Shown here: positions 1 to 11,384 of the stretch, piece after piece
Position numbering within the stretch: the first letter of the stretch is position 1
How the letters are laid out: each line of letters opens with the position of its first letter
Source: Somniosus microcephalus
Lineage: Eukaryota
DNA: 64,000 nt
Direction: 5' to 3'
Assembly (NCBI GenBank): GCA_052327205.1
Contig: CM126233.1
Span: 10,540,001-10,604,000, forward strand
Notes under the pieces: model-generated
What the model saw: only the letters and a program-made list of their open reading frames with translations
Database searches by the model: none
Told to the model about the DNA's origin: nothing
Position numbers and translations under genes: made by a program

Positions 1-3000
1 TTCTAAGACTATGCCCCCTAGTTCTAGTTTCACCCATCATTGGGAACATCCTCCCCGCATCCACCCGATCCAACCCCTTCACAATCTTATATGTTTCAAT
101 AAGATCGCCTCTCATTCTTCTGAACTCCAATGAGTAGAGTCCCAATCTACTCAACCTCTCCTCATATGTCCATCCCCTCATCCCCGGGATTAACCGAGTG
201 AACCTTCTTTGTACTGACTCGAGAGCAAGTATGTCTTTTCTTAAGTATGGACACCAAAACTGTATGCAGTATTCCAGGTGCGGTCTCACCAATACCTTGT
301 ACAACTGAAGCAATACCTCCCTATTTTTATATTCTATCCCCCTAGCAATGAAAGCCAACATTCCATTGGCCTTCTTAATCACTTGCTGCACCTGCATACT
401 AACCTTTTGAGTTTCGTGCACCAGGACCCCCAGATCCCTTTGTACTTCAGTACTTTCCAGTTTCTTGCCATTAAGATAATAACTTGCTCTATGATTTTTC
501 CTGCCAAAGTGCATAACCTCACACTTTCCAGTATTGTATTCCATCTGCCAAATCTCTGCCCACTTACTTAGCCTGTCTATGTCCCCTTGCAGGTTTTTTA
601 TGTCCTCCTCACTCACTACTTTCCCCCCCATCTTAGTATCATCTGCAAACTTTGATATGTTACACTCGGTCCCCTCCTCCAAATCGTTAATATAGATTGT
701 AAAGAGTTGGGGACCCAGCACCGACCCCTGCGGAACACCACTAGTTACTGATTGCCAGTCTGAGAATGAACCATTTATCCCAACTCTCTGCCTTCTGTTA
801 GATAGCCAATCCTCTATCCATGCCAGAATATTACCCCCAATCCTGTGATTTTTTATCTTAAGCAATAATCTTTTGTGTGGCACCTTGTCAAATGCCTTTT
901 GGAAGTCTAAATACACTACGTCCACTGGTTCCCCTTTATCCACCCTATATGTTACTTCCTCAAAGAACTCCAGCAAATTTGTCAAACATGACTTCCACTT
1001 CATAAAACCATGCTGACTTTGTCCTATTAAATTATGATTATTTAAATGTCCTGTTACTGTCTCCTTAATAATGGACTCCAAAATTTTACCTACCACAGAT
1101 GTTAGGCTAACCGGTCTATAGTTTCCAGCCTTCTGTCTACTGCCCTTTTTAAATAAGGGTGTTACATTAGCAGTTTTCCAGTCTGCCGGGACCTTTGCCG
1201 AGTCCAGGGAGTTTTGGAAAATTATTACCAATGCATCCACAATCCCTACCGCCACTTCCCTCAAGACCCTAGGATGTAAGCCATCCGGTCCAGGTGATTT
1301 TTCCGCCTTGAGTCCCATTATTTTACCGAGTACCACTTCCTTAGTGATTTTGATCGTGTTTAGCTCCTCCCCCCTATAGCCCTCTGTTTGTCCAGTGTTG
1401 GGATATTCTTAGTGTCCTCTACTGTAAAGACTGATACAAAATATTCATTCAGTGTTTTTGCCATCTCCATATTTCCCACCATTAATTTCCCGGTCTCATC
1501 CTCTAAGGGACCAACATTTGCTTTAGCCACCCTTTTTCTTTTTATATAACTATAAAAACTCTTACTATCTGTTTTTATATTTTTTGCTAATTTACTTTCA
1601 TAATCTATCTTCCCTTTCTTAATTAATCTTTTTGTTATCTTTTGCTGTCTTTTAAAGTTTTCCCAATCCTCTATCCTCCCACTAGATTTGGCTACCTTAT
1701 ATGCCCTTGTTTTTAGTTGAATGCTATCCTTAATTTCTTTACTTAGCCACGGATGGCTGTCTTTTCTTTTACACCCTTTTCTTCTCAGTGGAATATATAT
1801 TTTTTGGAAGTTGTAAAATAACTCCTTAAATGTACACCACTGATCATGTATCGTCTTACCCATTAATCTATTTTCCCAATCCACTCTACTCAATTCTGCT
1901 CTCATACCTTCATAGTCTCCTTTATTCAAGCTTAGCACGCTTGTTTGAGATCCAACCTTCTCACCTTCGAATTGAATATGGAATTCAACCATGTTATGGT
2001 CACTCATTCCAAGGGGATCCTTTACTAGGACATTTTTAATTAATCCTGTCTCGTTACACAGGACCAGATCTAAGGTTGCTTGCCCCCTGGTCGGTTCAGT
2101 TACATACTGCTCAAGAAACCCATCCCTAATACACTCAATGAACTCATCCTCAAGGCAGCCCTGCCCAATTTGATTTGTCCAATTAATATGATAGTTAAAA
2201 TCCCCCATAATTATAGATGTTCCCTTATTACAAGCCTCAACTATTTCCTGATTGATAATCCGTCCAACCGAGTTGCGACTGTTCGGAGGCCTATAGACTA
2301 CGCCCACTAGTGTTTTTTTCCCCTTATTATTCCTATCTCCACCCTAACTGTTTCATTATACTGATCTTTTGACCCAATATCATTTCTCTGTATTACAGTG
2401 ATTCCTTCCTTTATTAACATAGCCACCCCACCTCCCCTTCCTTCCTGCCTGTCCTTCCTGATCGTTAAATAACCTGGTATGTTTAATTCCCAGGCATTGT
2501 CACCCTGCAGCCATGTTTCTGTAATGGCCACAAGATCATACCCATATGTAGTTATTTGTGCCATTAACTCGTCTATTTTGTTACGAATGCTACGTGCATT
2601 CAGATAGAGAACTTTCAAATATGTTTTGTGACACTTAGTCCCTGCTTTTGCCCTTTTTATTACTTTACCTTTTACTCCATACCTTCTGCCCCTTCCTGAC
2701 ACGCTCTGGTTTTTAATTTCCCCACTGCTACCTAAGTCTATGACCTTCTCTGTTGTCATTTTTATTATTTGCTCTCTAGGAACCTCCCCCCCACTAGTTA
2801 GTTTAAAGCCCTCTCTACAGCCCTAGTTATATGATCCGCCAGGACTCTAGCCCCAGCACTGGCCAAGTGAAGCCCGTCCCAACGGAACAGCTCCCTCCTG
2901 CCCCAGTACTGGTGCCAGTGTCCCAGGAAGCAAAACCCATTTCTCCCACACCAGTCTTTGAGCCACGCATTTAACTCTCTAATTTTATTTGTCCTAGCCA

Positions 3001-3420
3001 AATTCGCTCGTGGCTCAGGTAATAATCCAGAGATTATTACCCTTGAGGTTCTGTCTTTTAATTTGACCCCTAGCTGCTCATACTCCTTTAACAGAACCGG
3101 CTTCCTAGTCCTATGTCATTTGTACCAACATGGACCACGACAACTGGATCCACCCCCTCCCACTGCAAGTTTCTTTCCAGCCCAGAGGAGATGTCCTTAA
3201 CCCTGGCACCGGGTAGGCAACACAGCCTACGGGACTCTCGCTCTCGGCTGCAGAGAACTCTATCTATCCCCCTAATAATACTATCCCCTACCACTACAAC
3301 ATTTCTATTTACTCCCCCCTCTTGAATGGCCCCCCATTCCACGGTGCTGTGGCCAGGTTGCTCATCCTCCCTGCAGTCCCTGCTCCTGTCCCCACAGGGA
3401 GTAAGAACCTCGAACCTCCT
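1..3420 (-). mobile_element. CR1-clade LINE, frameshifted; ORF1 esterase region plus ORF2 endonuclease/RT, runs off the left edge
   Basis: ORF1 pieces 3088-3483 (VVVVGDSIIRG...CLPGARVKD...VHVGTND) and 2798-3001 (DGLHL) match the SGNH/GDSL esterase of CR1 ORF1. ORF2 pieces 2307-2759 (YLNARSIRNK...ITETWL) and 1360-2307 (MGDFN...SDHN) are an APE endonuclease, and RT-type sequence continues to base 1. Confidence 0.93.
1360..2759 (-). pseudogene. CR1 ORF2 apurinic endonuclease domain, split by frameshifts
   Basis: Two adjacent ORFs carry consecutive APE motifs, with frame breaks near 2320 and 1370. Confidence 0.88.
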
Positions 3421-5717
3421 TCCCGTCGCACTCATCCCTCCCAATGCTGACTCAGTGGACTCTGCCAGCGCATCAGCTATCACCGCCCCTCTCTACATCT
3501 CCCTCCAGAATTTCCGTTCACTTGTCCTTGCCACCCATGACTATAGTGTGAATGATTGCATCAATGTCATGCCCTTGATGGAAACATGGCTGAGGGTGTT
3601 GACACCTTCCCCCTTAATAAAGCCTCCCCATCTGACTATACCTTCTACCACTTGCCCTGTCCAGACCGCCATGGTGGTGATGTGGCTCCTATCATCAAAT
3701 TACACCTTGGTTTGTCTTCCTACTTCTCTGGCACATTCACCTCCTTTGAGCATTTCACCTTGATCCACCCCTCTCCTCTTTTTTTAAAATCCTCATTCTC
3801 TGCTGCCCACCCAAGTACCACATCAAGTTTCTCTCCGAGATATCTTCACTGTTTTCCTCCGTCAGCCTCTGCACTAAGCCACTTCTCATCCTCGGTGATT
3901 TCAACCTCCATTTTACTCATCATAGAATCATAGATCATGCCCTCTCTCCTCTGAGTTCATTGCTGTCCTATCCTCCCTTAATCTCTCCCTCCATATAAAC
4001 TTGTCTGCCCATATTCATGGCCACCTCTTTGACCTTGCCATCTCGTGTGGCCTCTCTACTTCCATCATGTCAATCACAGATAAGGCTATCTCTGATCAGT
4101 TCCTTGTATCCCTCTCCACTTCCAGCCCCCTACCCCCTCAATCCTACTTCTTTCTGTGTCTGCCCTTGGAAAAAACTCTCCCAAGTTGCTTACAACGACA
4201 ATTTCAAATTCCCAAACATCTAGTCTTTGGCCCTCCATTCACTGACATTTCTGCAGCTACCAATCTGCTCAATCACACCCTCCCCTCGACCTCTGATGCC
4301 CTTCTTCCCATTAAAACCATTACTCCCTCTCACCCTGGTATGGCCCCCATCTCCACTCCCTTAAGTCCAAGGGATGCAGACTTGAACGTTTGTGGCGGAT
4401 AACTGGTTTAACCATTCATCACCAGATCTGGCTGGACCACATAAAGCACCTTTGGGTCCTGCTCTCCTCTGCCAGAATTGCTCACTATTCCAGAATCATC
4501 CTGGAATGGCTTATTTTCTCCACTGCAACCCATCTTCTTAAACCTCTTGCCCCTGCTCTTAAACCCCTCTCCCCTGCCTCCACCACCCTCACCTCCAACA
4601 GCAAGTGCAAGGAGCTCATGGACTTCTTTGTCTCTTAAGATTGAGACCATCCTTTCAGCTGCCTCTGCCACTTCCCTCCCTTTGCCTAGCACGGCATGTT
4701 AAACTTCCTCTAAGGCTCCCCCTTGCCCTAGCCCTGAACTCGCATCATTCTCTAGTTTCTCACCCATCTCCTCTCATGCCCTCTCTGAGCTCATCTTGTC
4801 CACGAGACCCACCTCCTGCTCCCTCAGCCCTGTTTCCACCAAACTGCTGACCACCCAACTTCTTTTCCTGGCCCCCATGTTAGCGGATGTTGTTAACGGT
4901 TCCCTCTCCTCAGGTACTGTCCCCCTCCCCTTTAATTCTGTCGTTATTGACATGAATCAGTCATTCATGAAAGAAAGACTTACGAAATAATACTGAGCGG
5001 CCTACGGGTGGCGCTGTCCAGGGAGAGTATAAATAGTCGGGCACGGGCCCAGCTTGCGCAGGACATTCTTAACAGGAACTAGTGAAGGACACAACTAGAC
5101 CTCCATGTTGTAAAACAGTTGATTAAAGCTTTGTTTAATGCTTAGACCAAGTGCCTGTAGTTTTCTTACGTCAGTTATCATCTCCCTCCTCAAAAAACCC
5201 TTGATCCTTGCAAACAACTTTTCCATCTCCAACCTCACTTTCCTTTCCAAAGTCCTTGAACGTGTTGTGGCCTCTCAAATCTGTGCCCATCTTCCTGGAA
5301 CTCCATGTTTGAACCCCTCCAATCAGGTTTCCGCCCCTGCCACAGCACTGAAACTGCCCTTATCAAAGTCACAAATGACATCCTATGTGACTGTGACCAT
5401 GGTAAACTATCCCTCCTCATCCTTCTCGATCTGTCTGCAGCCTTTGACACGGTTGACCACACTATCCTCTTCCATTATCCAGCGGGGTGAGACCGCCCTC
5501 GCCTGGTTCCATGCCTATCTATCCAGTCATAGCCAGAGAATTACTTATTTTCCCGCTCCCACACCATTACCTCCACAGTCCCCCAAGGATCTATCCTTGG
5601 CCCCCTCCTATTTCTCATCTACATGCTGCCCCTCAGCGACATCATCCAAAAACTCGTCCGGTTCCACATGTACAGTGGCGACAACCAGCTCTACTTCACC
5701 ACCACCTCTCTCAACCC
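3421..5717 (+). mobile_element. Degenerate L2-like LINE, 5' part (endonuclease to RT), interrupted by a solo LTR and by Gypsy-A1
   Basis: Fragmentary translations [51 protein letters not shown], and MYSGDNQLY (a YADDTQLY remnant) just before the Gypsy insertion. Confidence 0.88.
4948..5173 (+). mobile_element. Solo LTR (226 bp) with 5-bp TSD GTTAT
   Basis: Termini TGAC...GTCA; GTTAT at 4943-4947 and 5174-5178; internal TATAAATA and ATTAAA. The L2 sequence is colinear once it is removed. Confidence 0.85.
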
Positions 5718-5978
5718 TGTATTGATTTCTATTTGGGTTCAATGACGACACATTCATGAAAGAGAATGACTTTTTATCTAAAGTATGTTCAACTCAGTTA
5801 ACAGCATTTACAGGAGACACCATCTTAGAGATCCATCTAAAACGAAAACTAAAACTAAACTGCTTGTCTCTCACATGCCCTCTGCTGGTCAGGCATAAAT
5901 AATCAAACAGGCAAATATGCTGGTAAGGCATCATAATCAAACAGGCAAATACCATCACTATTTGCTGATATCATTACA
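5718..5978 (-). repeat. 3' LTR of Gypsy-A1
   Basis: Direct repeat of 10244-10503; preceded on the minus strand by the polypurine tract AAGAAAGGGAGA (5979-5990). Confidence 0.95.
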
Positions 5979-6226
5979 TCTCCCTTTCTTAAAACAAAAG
6001 TATTTTACTTTTATCTAACAACATGTTTTCTTTGTATTACTCTGCATTTTAACTGTAACACTTAATGAACTTACATTATCATTATCATGATCAAGGTTTT
6101 TTAACCTTGTTTTGTGTGTTCACATGAAATATGTAAATACCTAGAACTTGAAGAAAGAATAAGATAACATTACTTCCTTCTATAACAAGAGTCCTTAAAT
6201 TTGCTCAATGAGTCTCTCAGGAGGCT

Positions 6227-9200
6227 TCACGTGTCTTGAGGATTTTCTGATTGAATCTGAGTTGTTGCCTCAGATGATGGTTTCTCAGCTGTGTGATCAG
6301 GTTGTTCAACAGTATCAGTCTTTTGACCTGCTGTGCGATCAGGTTGTTCAACAGTATCAGTCTTTTGACCTGCTGTGGCTGGTCCCATGAGAAGATCCTG
6401 ACGATTTCTTCTCAGAACAGCACCCTCATCTGTCTGAATGGTGTATGATCTTGGTTGTACTTCACTCAGGACAGTTCCCTTCTGAGTCCATATGTTTGTT
6501 TTGTCTTTGAACCTTACTTGGTCACCAGTGTGGAGTTCAGGTAGGTTTTGTGTTCCTCTATCATAGTAGTACTTTTGCTTTTCTTTCTGTTGTTCTTTGA
6601 ACTTCCTCACTTTCTCCCCCTCTTTTGTTTTCAGGAGGTTCTCCGGGATGGGTAGGTTTGACCTTAGCAGACATCCCATAAGGAGTTGGGCTGGTGACAT
6701 ACCACACTCGAGCGGCATTGTGCGGTATACAAGCATGCTCTGGTAGAAGTCAGTTCCACTGTCTTTTGCCTTGTACATCAGTCTTTTCACTGTCTGGACC
6801 GATTTTTCCACTAGACCATTGGACTGTGGAAAGTGAGGACTTGACGTTGTGTGGACAAAGTCCCACTCTTTGGCAAAGTGTCGGAAACTTGCATTGTAAA
6901 ACTGGGGTCCGTTGTCTGTGAAGACCTCGTTTGCCACGCCATGTCTGGAGAATAAGGCTTTCATGCATGTTATCACAGCATCTGCAGTGGTGGTGTACAG
7001 TCTACAAACCTCTGGATACAGGGAGTAATAGTCTGTGACTACAAGATAGTCCTTCCCTTGACATACGAATAGGTCAGCGCCTACCTTCTGGTAAGGTCTG
7101 TCTGGTGCTGGGTGTGGCTTTAGTGGTTTTACCGGATTGCTTGCTCGATATTTCAGGCATATTGTGCAGTTTGACACCTCATTTGTCACATCTTGGTTGA
7201 TTCGTGGCCAGTACATCACCTCTCGTGCTCTTTTCTTACACTTTTCGATTCCCAGATGTCCTCCATGGATCCTTTTTAGCATCTCTTTTCTCAGACTCTT
7301 TGGGATAACTATTTTACTTCCTTTGTAGATGATGTCTTCGACCACTGATAGTTCCGCCCTGCAGTTCCAGTACTCTGCCATGTCAGGTGAGCAGTCTTGC
7401 TTCATGTTGGGCCATCCATCCAAGGTGCTTTTCCTCAGTCGTCTCATTGTTTCATCTTTGTTTGTCTCAGTCTTTATGAGCTCCATTTTTGCATCTGCTA
7501 TGGGCAGTGCACTTGTGATCATGTCCACGTAGGCGTTCACTTTTTCATCCATTTTGGTGTTTGCGGGCTCACTTGCGTCAACAGCTCTGGACAACGTGTC
7601 TGCTGTATACATCAGCTTACCCGGTGTGTACGCAACATTCAGTGTATACCGTTGCAGCCTGATCATCATTCTTTGTATTCTAAGCGGACAGCTATTTAGT
7701 GGCTTTTGGAACAATGCAATCAAGGGCTTATGGTCAGTCTCTACACTGATTGCTTGTCCTGCCACAAACTGGTGAAATCTTTCACAGGCGTATGTGATGC
7801 TGAGCAGCTCCTTTTCTATTTGAGCATATCGCGTCTCCGCGTCTGTCATTGAGCGCGATGCATATGCAATAGGTTGCCAGTAGTCATATTTTTGCAGAAG
7901 AACGGCACCGAGCCCACTCTGTGATGCATCTGATGATATCTTGATGGGTCTCGCTGGGTCATAAAACCTCAGAACTGGTTCCTCTGTGAGCAGTTTCTTT
8001 AGATCGCTCCATGATTTCTCATGCTCATGATTCCATTCCCATTCTATGTTCTTTTCAGTTAGTCTTCTCAGTGGCGCCATCTTTTCTGAGAGGTTGGATA
8101 TGAATTTACCCATGTAGTTGGTCATTCCATTAAACCTCTGCACGTCCTTTTTGCATTGTGGCTTTGGCATATTCTCAATGGCGGACACCTTTCTGGGATC
8201 TGGTCTGATGCCCTCACTGCTAAGGATATCTCCCACGAATATCAGTTCTGTCACCCCGAGCTGGCATTTCTCTCTATTCAGCTTCAGGTTTGTTTTCCTT
8301 GTTGCTTCCAGCACTTTTTTCAGTCTCTCGTCATGCTCAGTTCTCGTGGTTCCCCATACTATGATGTCATCCATTGATGTATCAACTCCCTCCAGATGCT
8401 CATAGATCATATGAATAGTTTTGTGATACACTTCAGGAGCTGAGGCAATGCCAAATGGTAACCTTAGGAATCTGTATCTGCCAAATGGACTGTTGAACGT
8501 GCACAGTCTTGAACTTGCCTCGTCCAGTTTCATCTGCCAAAATCCTGATGATGCATCTAACTTGCTGAAATACTTTGCATTTGCAAACTGTGACATGATT
8601 TCCTCACGTGTAGGAAGCTTGAAGTGCTCTCTCTTTATTGCTCTGTTTAGATCTCTTGGATCCAGGCAAATTCTGAGCTTTCCATTCTTTTTGTCCACAA
8701 CGACGAGGGAACTCACCCGCTCTGTTGGCTCATCTATCTTCTGAATCACGTTCAGGCTTTCCATCCTGTCCAACTCTGCCTTCAGTTGCTTTTGAAGAGC
8801 AAACGGAACTTTTCTGCATGGATGTATGACCGTTGTCATACTTTTATCTACTCTGATCGTGTGTTCTCCTGGAAGGCAGCCTAGACCCTTAAATAGGTCG
8901 TTGTACTCTTTCATGAGTTCATCATAGACTGTCTCTCCTTCGCTTTCCACAACGAGGACTCTCTTTACCAGGTTCAGTCTCTCACAGGCTTTTAAACCTA
9001 GTATGGCCTGCACATCCTTTGGCACCATGATTAATGCTAGCGTGTGCTCTCTGTCCTTGTGTGTCACTTTGACAATGCATCCTCCTTTCACTGGTATATT
9101 AGTACCTGAGTATCCTGTCACTTTTACTTTTATTCCATGTATCTTTGGTCTGGGTCTAATTTTCTTAAAATCAGTCTCTGATATCACATTAACTTGTGCT

Positions 9201-9841
9201 CCAGTATCCAATTTAAATGGAATATGTATGTCATTCACTTTTAGTGTCAACATCCAGTCTCTTTTTTCTTTTTTGTTTTCAGACACAACATCTACATAGA
9301 ACTCCTCTATCTCGCTTTCATCTACTGCATGGACCTTGCTTTGTTGCGCTTGGTTCTTACAGCAACGGGCATAATGGTTGTTTTTGTTGCAACTATTGCA
9401 TGTTTTACCATATGCTGGACACTTTTTTGGTGTATGCTGTGTACCGCATTGACTACATGACTTTCGATTGCCCCTTTCATTTTTGTTCGCTGGCCACGCC
9501 TCTTTTTTCACATTGGCGCTCTTTTTGTTAAACGGTTTGTGTCCGTTCTTTCTCACTGCATCCACGTTGCAGCTACTGTCACTGAACAGCTCCTTTGCCT
9601 GCGACTTCACAGTCTCTGTAGCCCTACACAGTGCTATGGCTTTTCCCAGGTCTAGATTTTGCTCTCTTAGCAGTCTTTCCCTTAGACCATTATCTGGAAT
9701 ACCACACACCAGTCTGTCTTTTATCAGCGAGTCTGTCAGTCCCCCAAATTCACATGTTTTGCTTCGGTTTCTCAGTTCAGTCACATACTGATCAATAGTC
9801 TCTCCCGTTTTGTGTACACGTGAAAAATCTGTGCCTCTCAA
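6227..9841 (-). CDS. Gypsy gag(C-terminal part)-pol polyprotein: zinc knuckles, protease, RT, RNase H, integrase
   Basis: 1204-aa ORF with CxxC...H...C knuckles, protease LDTGA, RT LDASSGFWQ / LPFG / SMDD, RNase H DAS...EKELL...TDHKPL, integrase HHCC and FTDNGPQF...SNGLVE. Confidence 0.95.
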   Translation of the reverse strand: MRGTDFSRVHKTGETIDQYVTELRNRSKTCEFGGLTDSLIKDRLVCGIPDNGLRERLLREQNLDLGKAIALCRATETVKSQAKELFSDSSCNVDAVRKNGHKPFNKKSANVKKEAWPANKNERGNRKSCSQCGTQHTPKKCPAYGKTCNSCNKNNHYARCCKNQAQQSKVHAVDESEIEEFYVDVVSENKKEKRDWMLTLKVNDIHIPFKLDTGAQVNVISETDFKKIRPRPKIHGIKVKVTGYSGTNIPVKGGCIVKVTHKDREHTLALIMVPKDVQAILGLKACERLNLVKRVLVVESEGETVYDELMKEYNDLFKGLGCLPGEHTIRVDKSMTTVIHPCRKVPFALQKQLKAELDRMESLNVIQKIDEPTERVSSLVVVDKKNGKLRICLDPRDLNRAIKREHFKLPTREEIMSQFANAKYFSKLDASSGFWQMKLDEASSRLCTFNSPFGRYRFLRLPFGIASAPEVYHKTIHMIYEHLEGVDTSMDDIIVWGTTRTEHDERLKKVLEATRKTNLKLNREKCQLGVTELIFVGDILSSEGIRPDPRKVSAIENMPKPQCKKDVQRFNGMTNYMGKFISNLSEKMAPLRRLTEKNIEWEWNHEHEKSWSDLKKLLTEEPVLRFYDPARPIKISSDASQSGLGAVLLQKYDYWQPIAYASRSMTDAETRYAQIEKELLSITYACERFHQFVAGQAISVETDHKPLIALFQKPLNSCPLRIQRMMIRLQRYTLNVAYTPGKLMYTADTLSRAVDASEPANTKMDEKVNAYVDMITSALPIADAKMELIKTETNKDETMRRLRKSTLDGWPNMKQDCSPDMAEYWNCRAELSVVEDIIYKGSKIVIPKSLRKEMLKRIHGGHLGIEKCKKRAREVMYWPRINQDVTNEVSNCTICLKYRASNPVKPLKPHPAPDRPYQKVGADLFVCQGKDYLVVTDYYSLYPEVCRLYTTTADAVITCMKALFSRHGVANEVFTDNGPQFYNASFRHFAKEWDFVHTTSSPHFPQSNGLVEKSVQTVKRLMYKAKDSGTDFYQSMLVYRTMPLECGMSPAQLLMGCLLRSNLPIPENLLKTKEGEKVRKFKEQQKEKQKYYYDRGTQNLPELHTGDQVRFKDKTNIWTQKGTVLSEVQPRSYTIQTDEGAVLRRNRQDLLMGPATAGQKTDTVEQPDRTAGQKTDTVEQPDHTAEKPSSEATTQIQSENPQDT

Positions 9842-10118
9842 ACGTCACGTTATGTTTAGGTATGCAGTAGGCCTCAAACTGTTCCATTATTTTATCCAGC
9901 TTCATTTTGTCTCCATCAGCAGCGAATGTGAAGTTATTATACACCTCCAGCGCTTCATCACCCACGACATGTAAGAACACTGACGCTTTCATTTTATCAC
10001 TTTTCTCATCAGCTCCGATTGCCGCTAAATACAACTCCAAACGTTGTTTGAATCTCCTCCAATTTTCAGCCACATTACCTGTCAACTGAAGCTTCGCCGG
10101 TGGGTGTAAACCTTCCAT
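9792..10118 (-). CDS. Gypsy gag N-terminus, separated from the main ORF by a 2-nt deletion
   Basis: MEGLHPPAKLQLTGNVAENWRRFKQ...; the copy at 47530-48330 reads straight through this point (FFTCVQKTGETIDQY). Confidence 0.9.
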   Translation of the reverse strand: MEGLHPPAKLQLTGNVAENWRRFKQRLELYLAAIGADEKSDKMKASVFLHVVGDEALEVYNNFTFAADGDKMKLDKIMEQFEAYCIPKHNVTFERHRFFTCTQNGRDY

Positions 10119-10225
10119 TTTTCACTTCGTTAGCTATTCTCCAAAGGTAAGTAACGATGTTCTCTTTTGGCTTGCTAATATGAAGAGAGCTGATTTAACT
10201 TCAGATTTTTCCTCTTCATCTCTTT

Positions 10226-10243
10226 CAATCACTTCTGACACCA
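10226..10243 (-). promoter_or_regulatory. Primer-binding site, tRNA-Leu type
   Basis: TGGTGTCAGAAGT immediately inside the 5' LTR, complementary to a tRNA-Leu(CAA)-like 3' end; two nucleotides shorter than the PBS in copy A2. Confidence 0.8.
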
Positions 10244-10503
10244 TGTATCGATTTCTATTTGGGTTCAATGACGACACATTCATGAAAGAGAATGACTTTT
10301 TATCTAAAGTATGTTCAACTCAGTTAACAGCATTTACAGGAGACACCATCTTAGAGACCATCTAAAATGAAAACTAAAACTAAACTGCTTGTCTCTCACA
10401 TGCCCTCTGCTGGTCAGGCATAAATAATCAAACAGGCAAATATGCTGGTAAGGCATCATAATCAAACAGGCAAATACCATCACTATTTGCTGATATCATT
10501 ACA
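10244..10503 (-). repeat. 5' LTR of Gypsy-A1
   Basis: Direct repeat of 5718-5978; adjacent to the PBS. Confidence 0.95.
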
Positions 10504-11166
10504 AACCCCTCCACTGTCTGATTTGTCAAACTGCTTGTCCAACATCTGTTTCCTAGCCACCGACTCCATCCCTCTCCCTGGCAACTGTCTGAGGCTTATC
10601 CAGACCGTTCAGAACCTTGGTATCATATTTGACCCCGAGATGAGCTTCCGACCACACATCCATGCCATCACCAAGACCAGCTATTGCCACTCTGTAACAT
10701 CGCTCGACTCCGCCCTTGCCTCGGCTCATCTGCTGCTGAAACTCTCATCCATGCCTTTGTTACCTCTAGACTTGACTGTTCCAACGCACACCTGACTGGT
10801 CTCCCACGTTCTACCCTCCCTGAACTTGAGGTCATCCAAAACTCTGCTGCCCGTAACCTAACTCGCACCAAGTCCTGTTCACCCATCACCCCTGTGCTCG
10901 CTGACCTACATTGGTACCCGGTCCGGTGATGCCTCAGATTCCAAATTTTCATCCTTGTTTTCAAATCGCTCCATGGCCTCTCTACCTCTCTCTCCTCCTT
11001 TTAAGATGCTATATAAAATCTACCTCTTTGACCAAGCTTTTGGTCGCCTGTCCTAACTTCTTTTCGTCTGGCTCGGTGTCAAATTATGTTTGTGAATGCT
11101 CCTGTGAATCGCCTTGGAGCGTTTTACTGCATTAAAGGTACTATATGAATACAAGTTGTTGCTGTT
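10504..11166 (+). mobile_element. 3' continuation of the L2-like LINE split by Gypsy-A1
   Basis: NLGIIFDPEMSF and [17 protein letters not shown]...IQNSAAR motifs, then the typical tail ending TACAAGTTGTTGCTG. Confidence 0.88.
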
Positions 11167-11174
11167 TTTGTTGA

Positions 11175-11380
11175 TGCACACTGGGTAACACACACTCCAG
11201 ACAGTGACACACACTAGGTCACACTCCAGACAGTGATGCACACTGGGTCACACTCCAGACAGTGACACACACTGGGTCACATTCCAGACAGTGACACACA
11301 CTGGGTCACACAGTCTAGACAGTGATGCACGCTGGCTCATAGTCTAGACAGTGAGACACACTGGGTAACAGCCTAGAGAG
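11175..11380. repeat. About 28-30-bp minisatellite (ACACACTGGGTCACACTCCAGACAGTG)
   Basis: Roughly seven tandem units; the same unit resumes at 13885-14010. Confidence 0.85.
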
Positions 11381-11384
11381 CAAC

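Larger units (their letters stand above)
5718..10503 (-). mobile_element. Gypsy LTR retrotransposon A1, full length, TSD AACCC
   Basis: LTRs 5718-5978 and 10244-10503 (TG...CA, about 3 differences by eye). AACCC at 5713-5717 and 10504-10508. PBS and polypurine tract in the expected positions; gag-PR-RT-RH-IN order. Confidence 0.97.

Noticed and set aside
6280-6375. 39-bp duplication at the Gypsy-A1 integrase tail as a functional domain
   Set aside because: It is absent from A2 and lies in a low-complexity tail next to a small deletion; most likely a copy-specific slippage event.
9792-9841. Programmed ribosomal frameshift between the Gypsy-A1 gag pieces
   Set aside because: Copy A2 has two extra nucleotides here and reads through in frame, so this is a deletion mutation.
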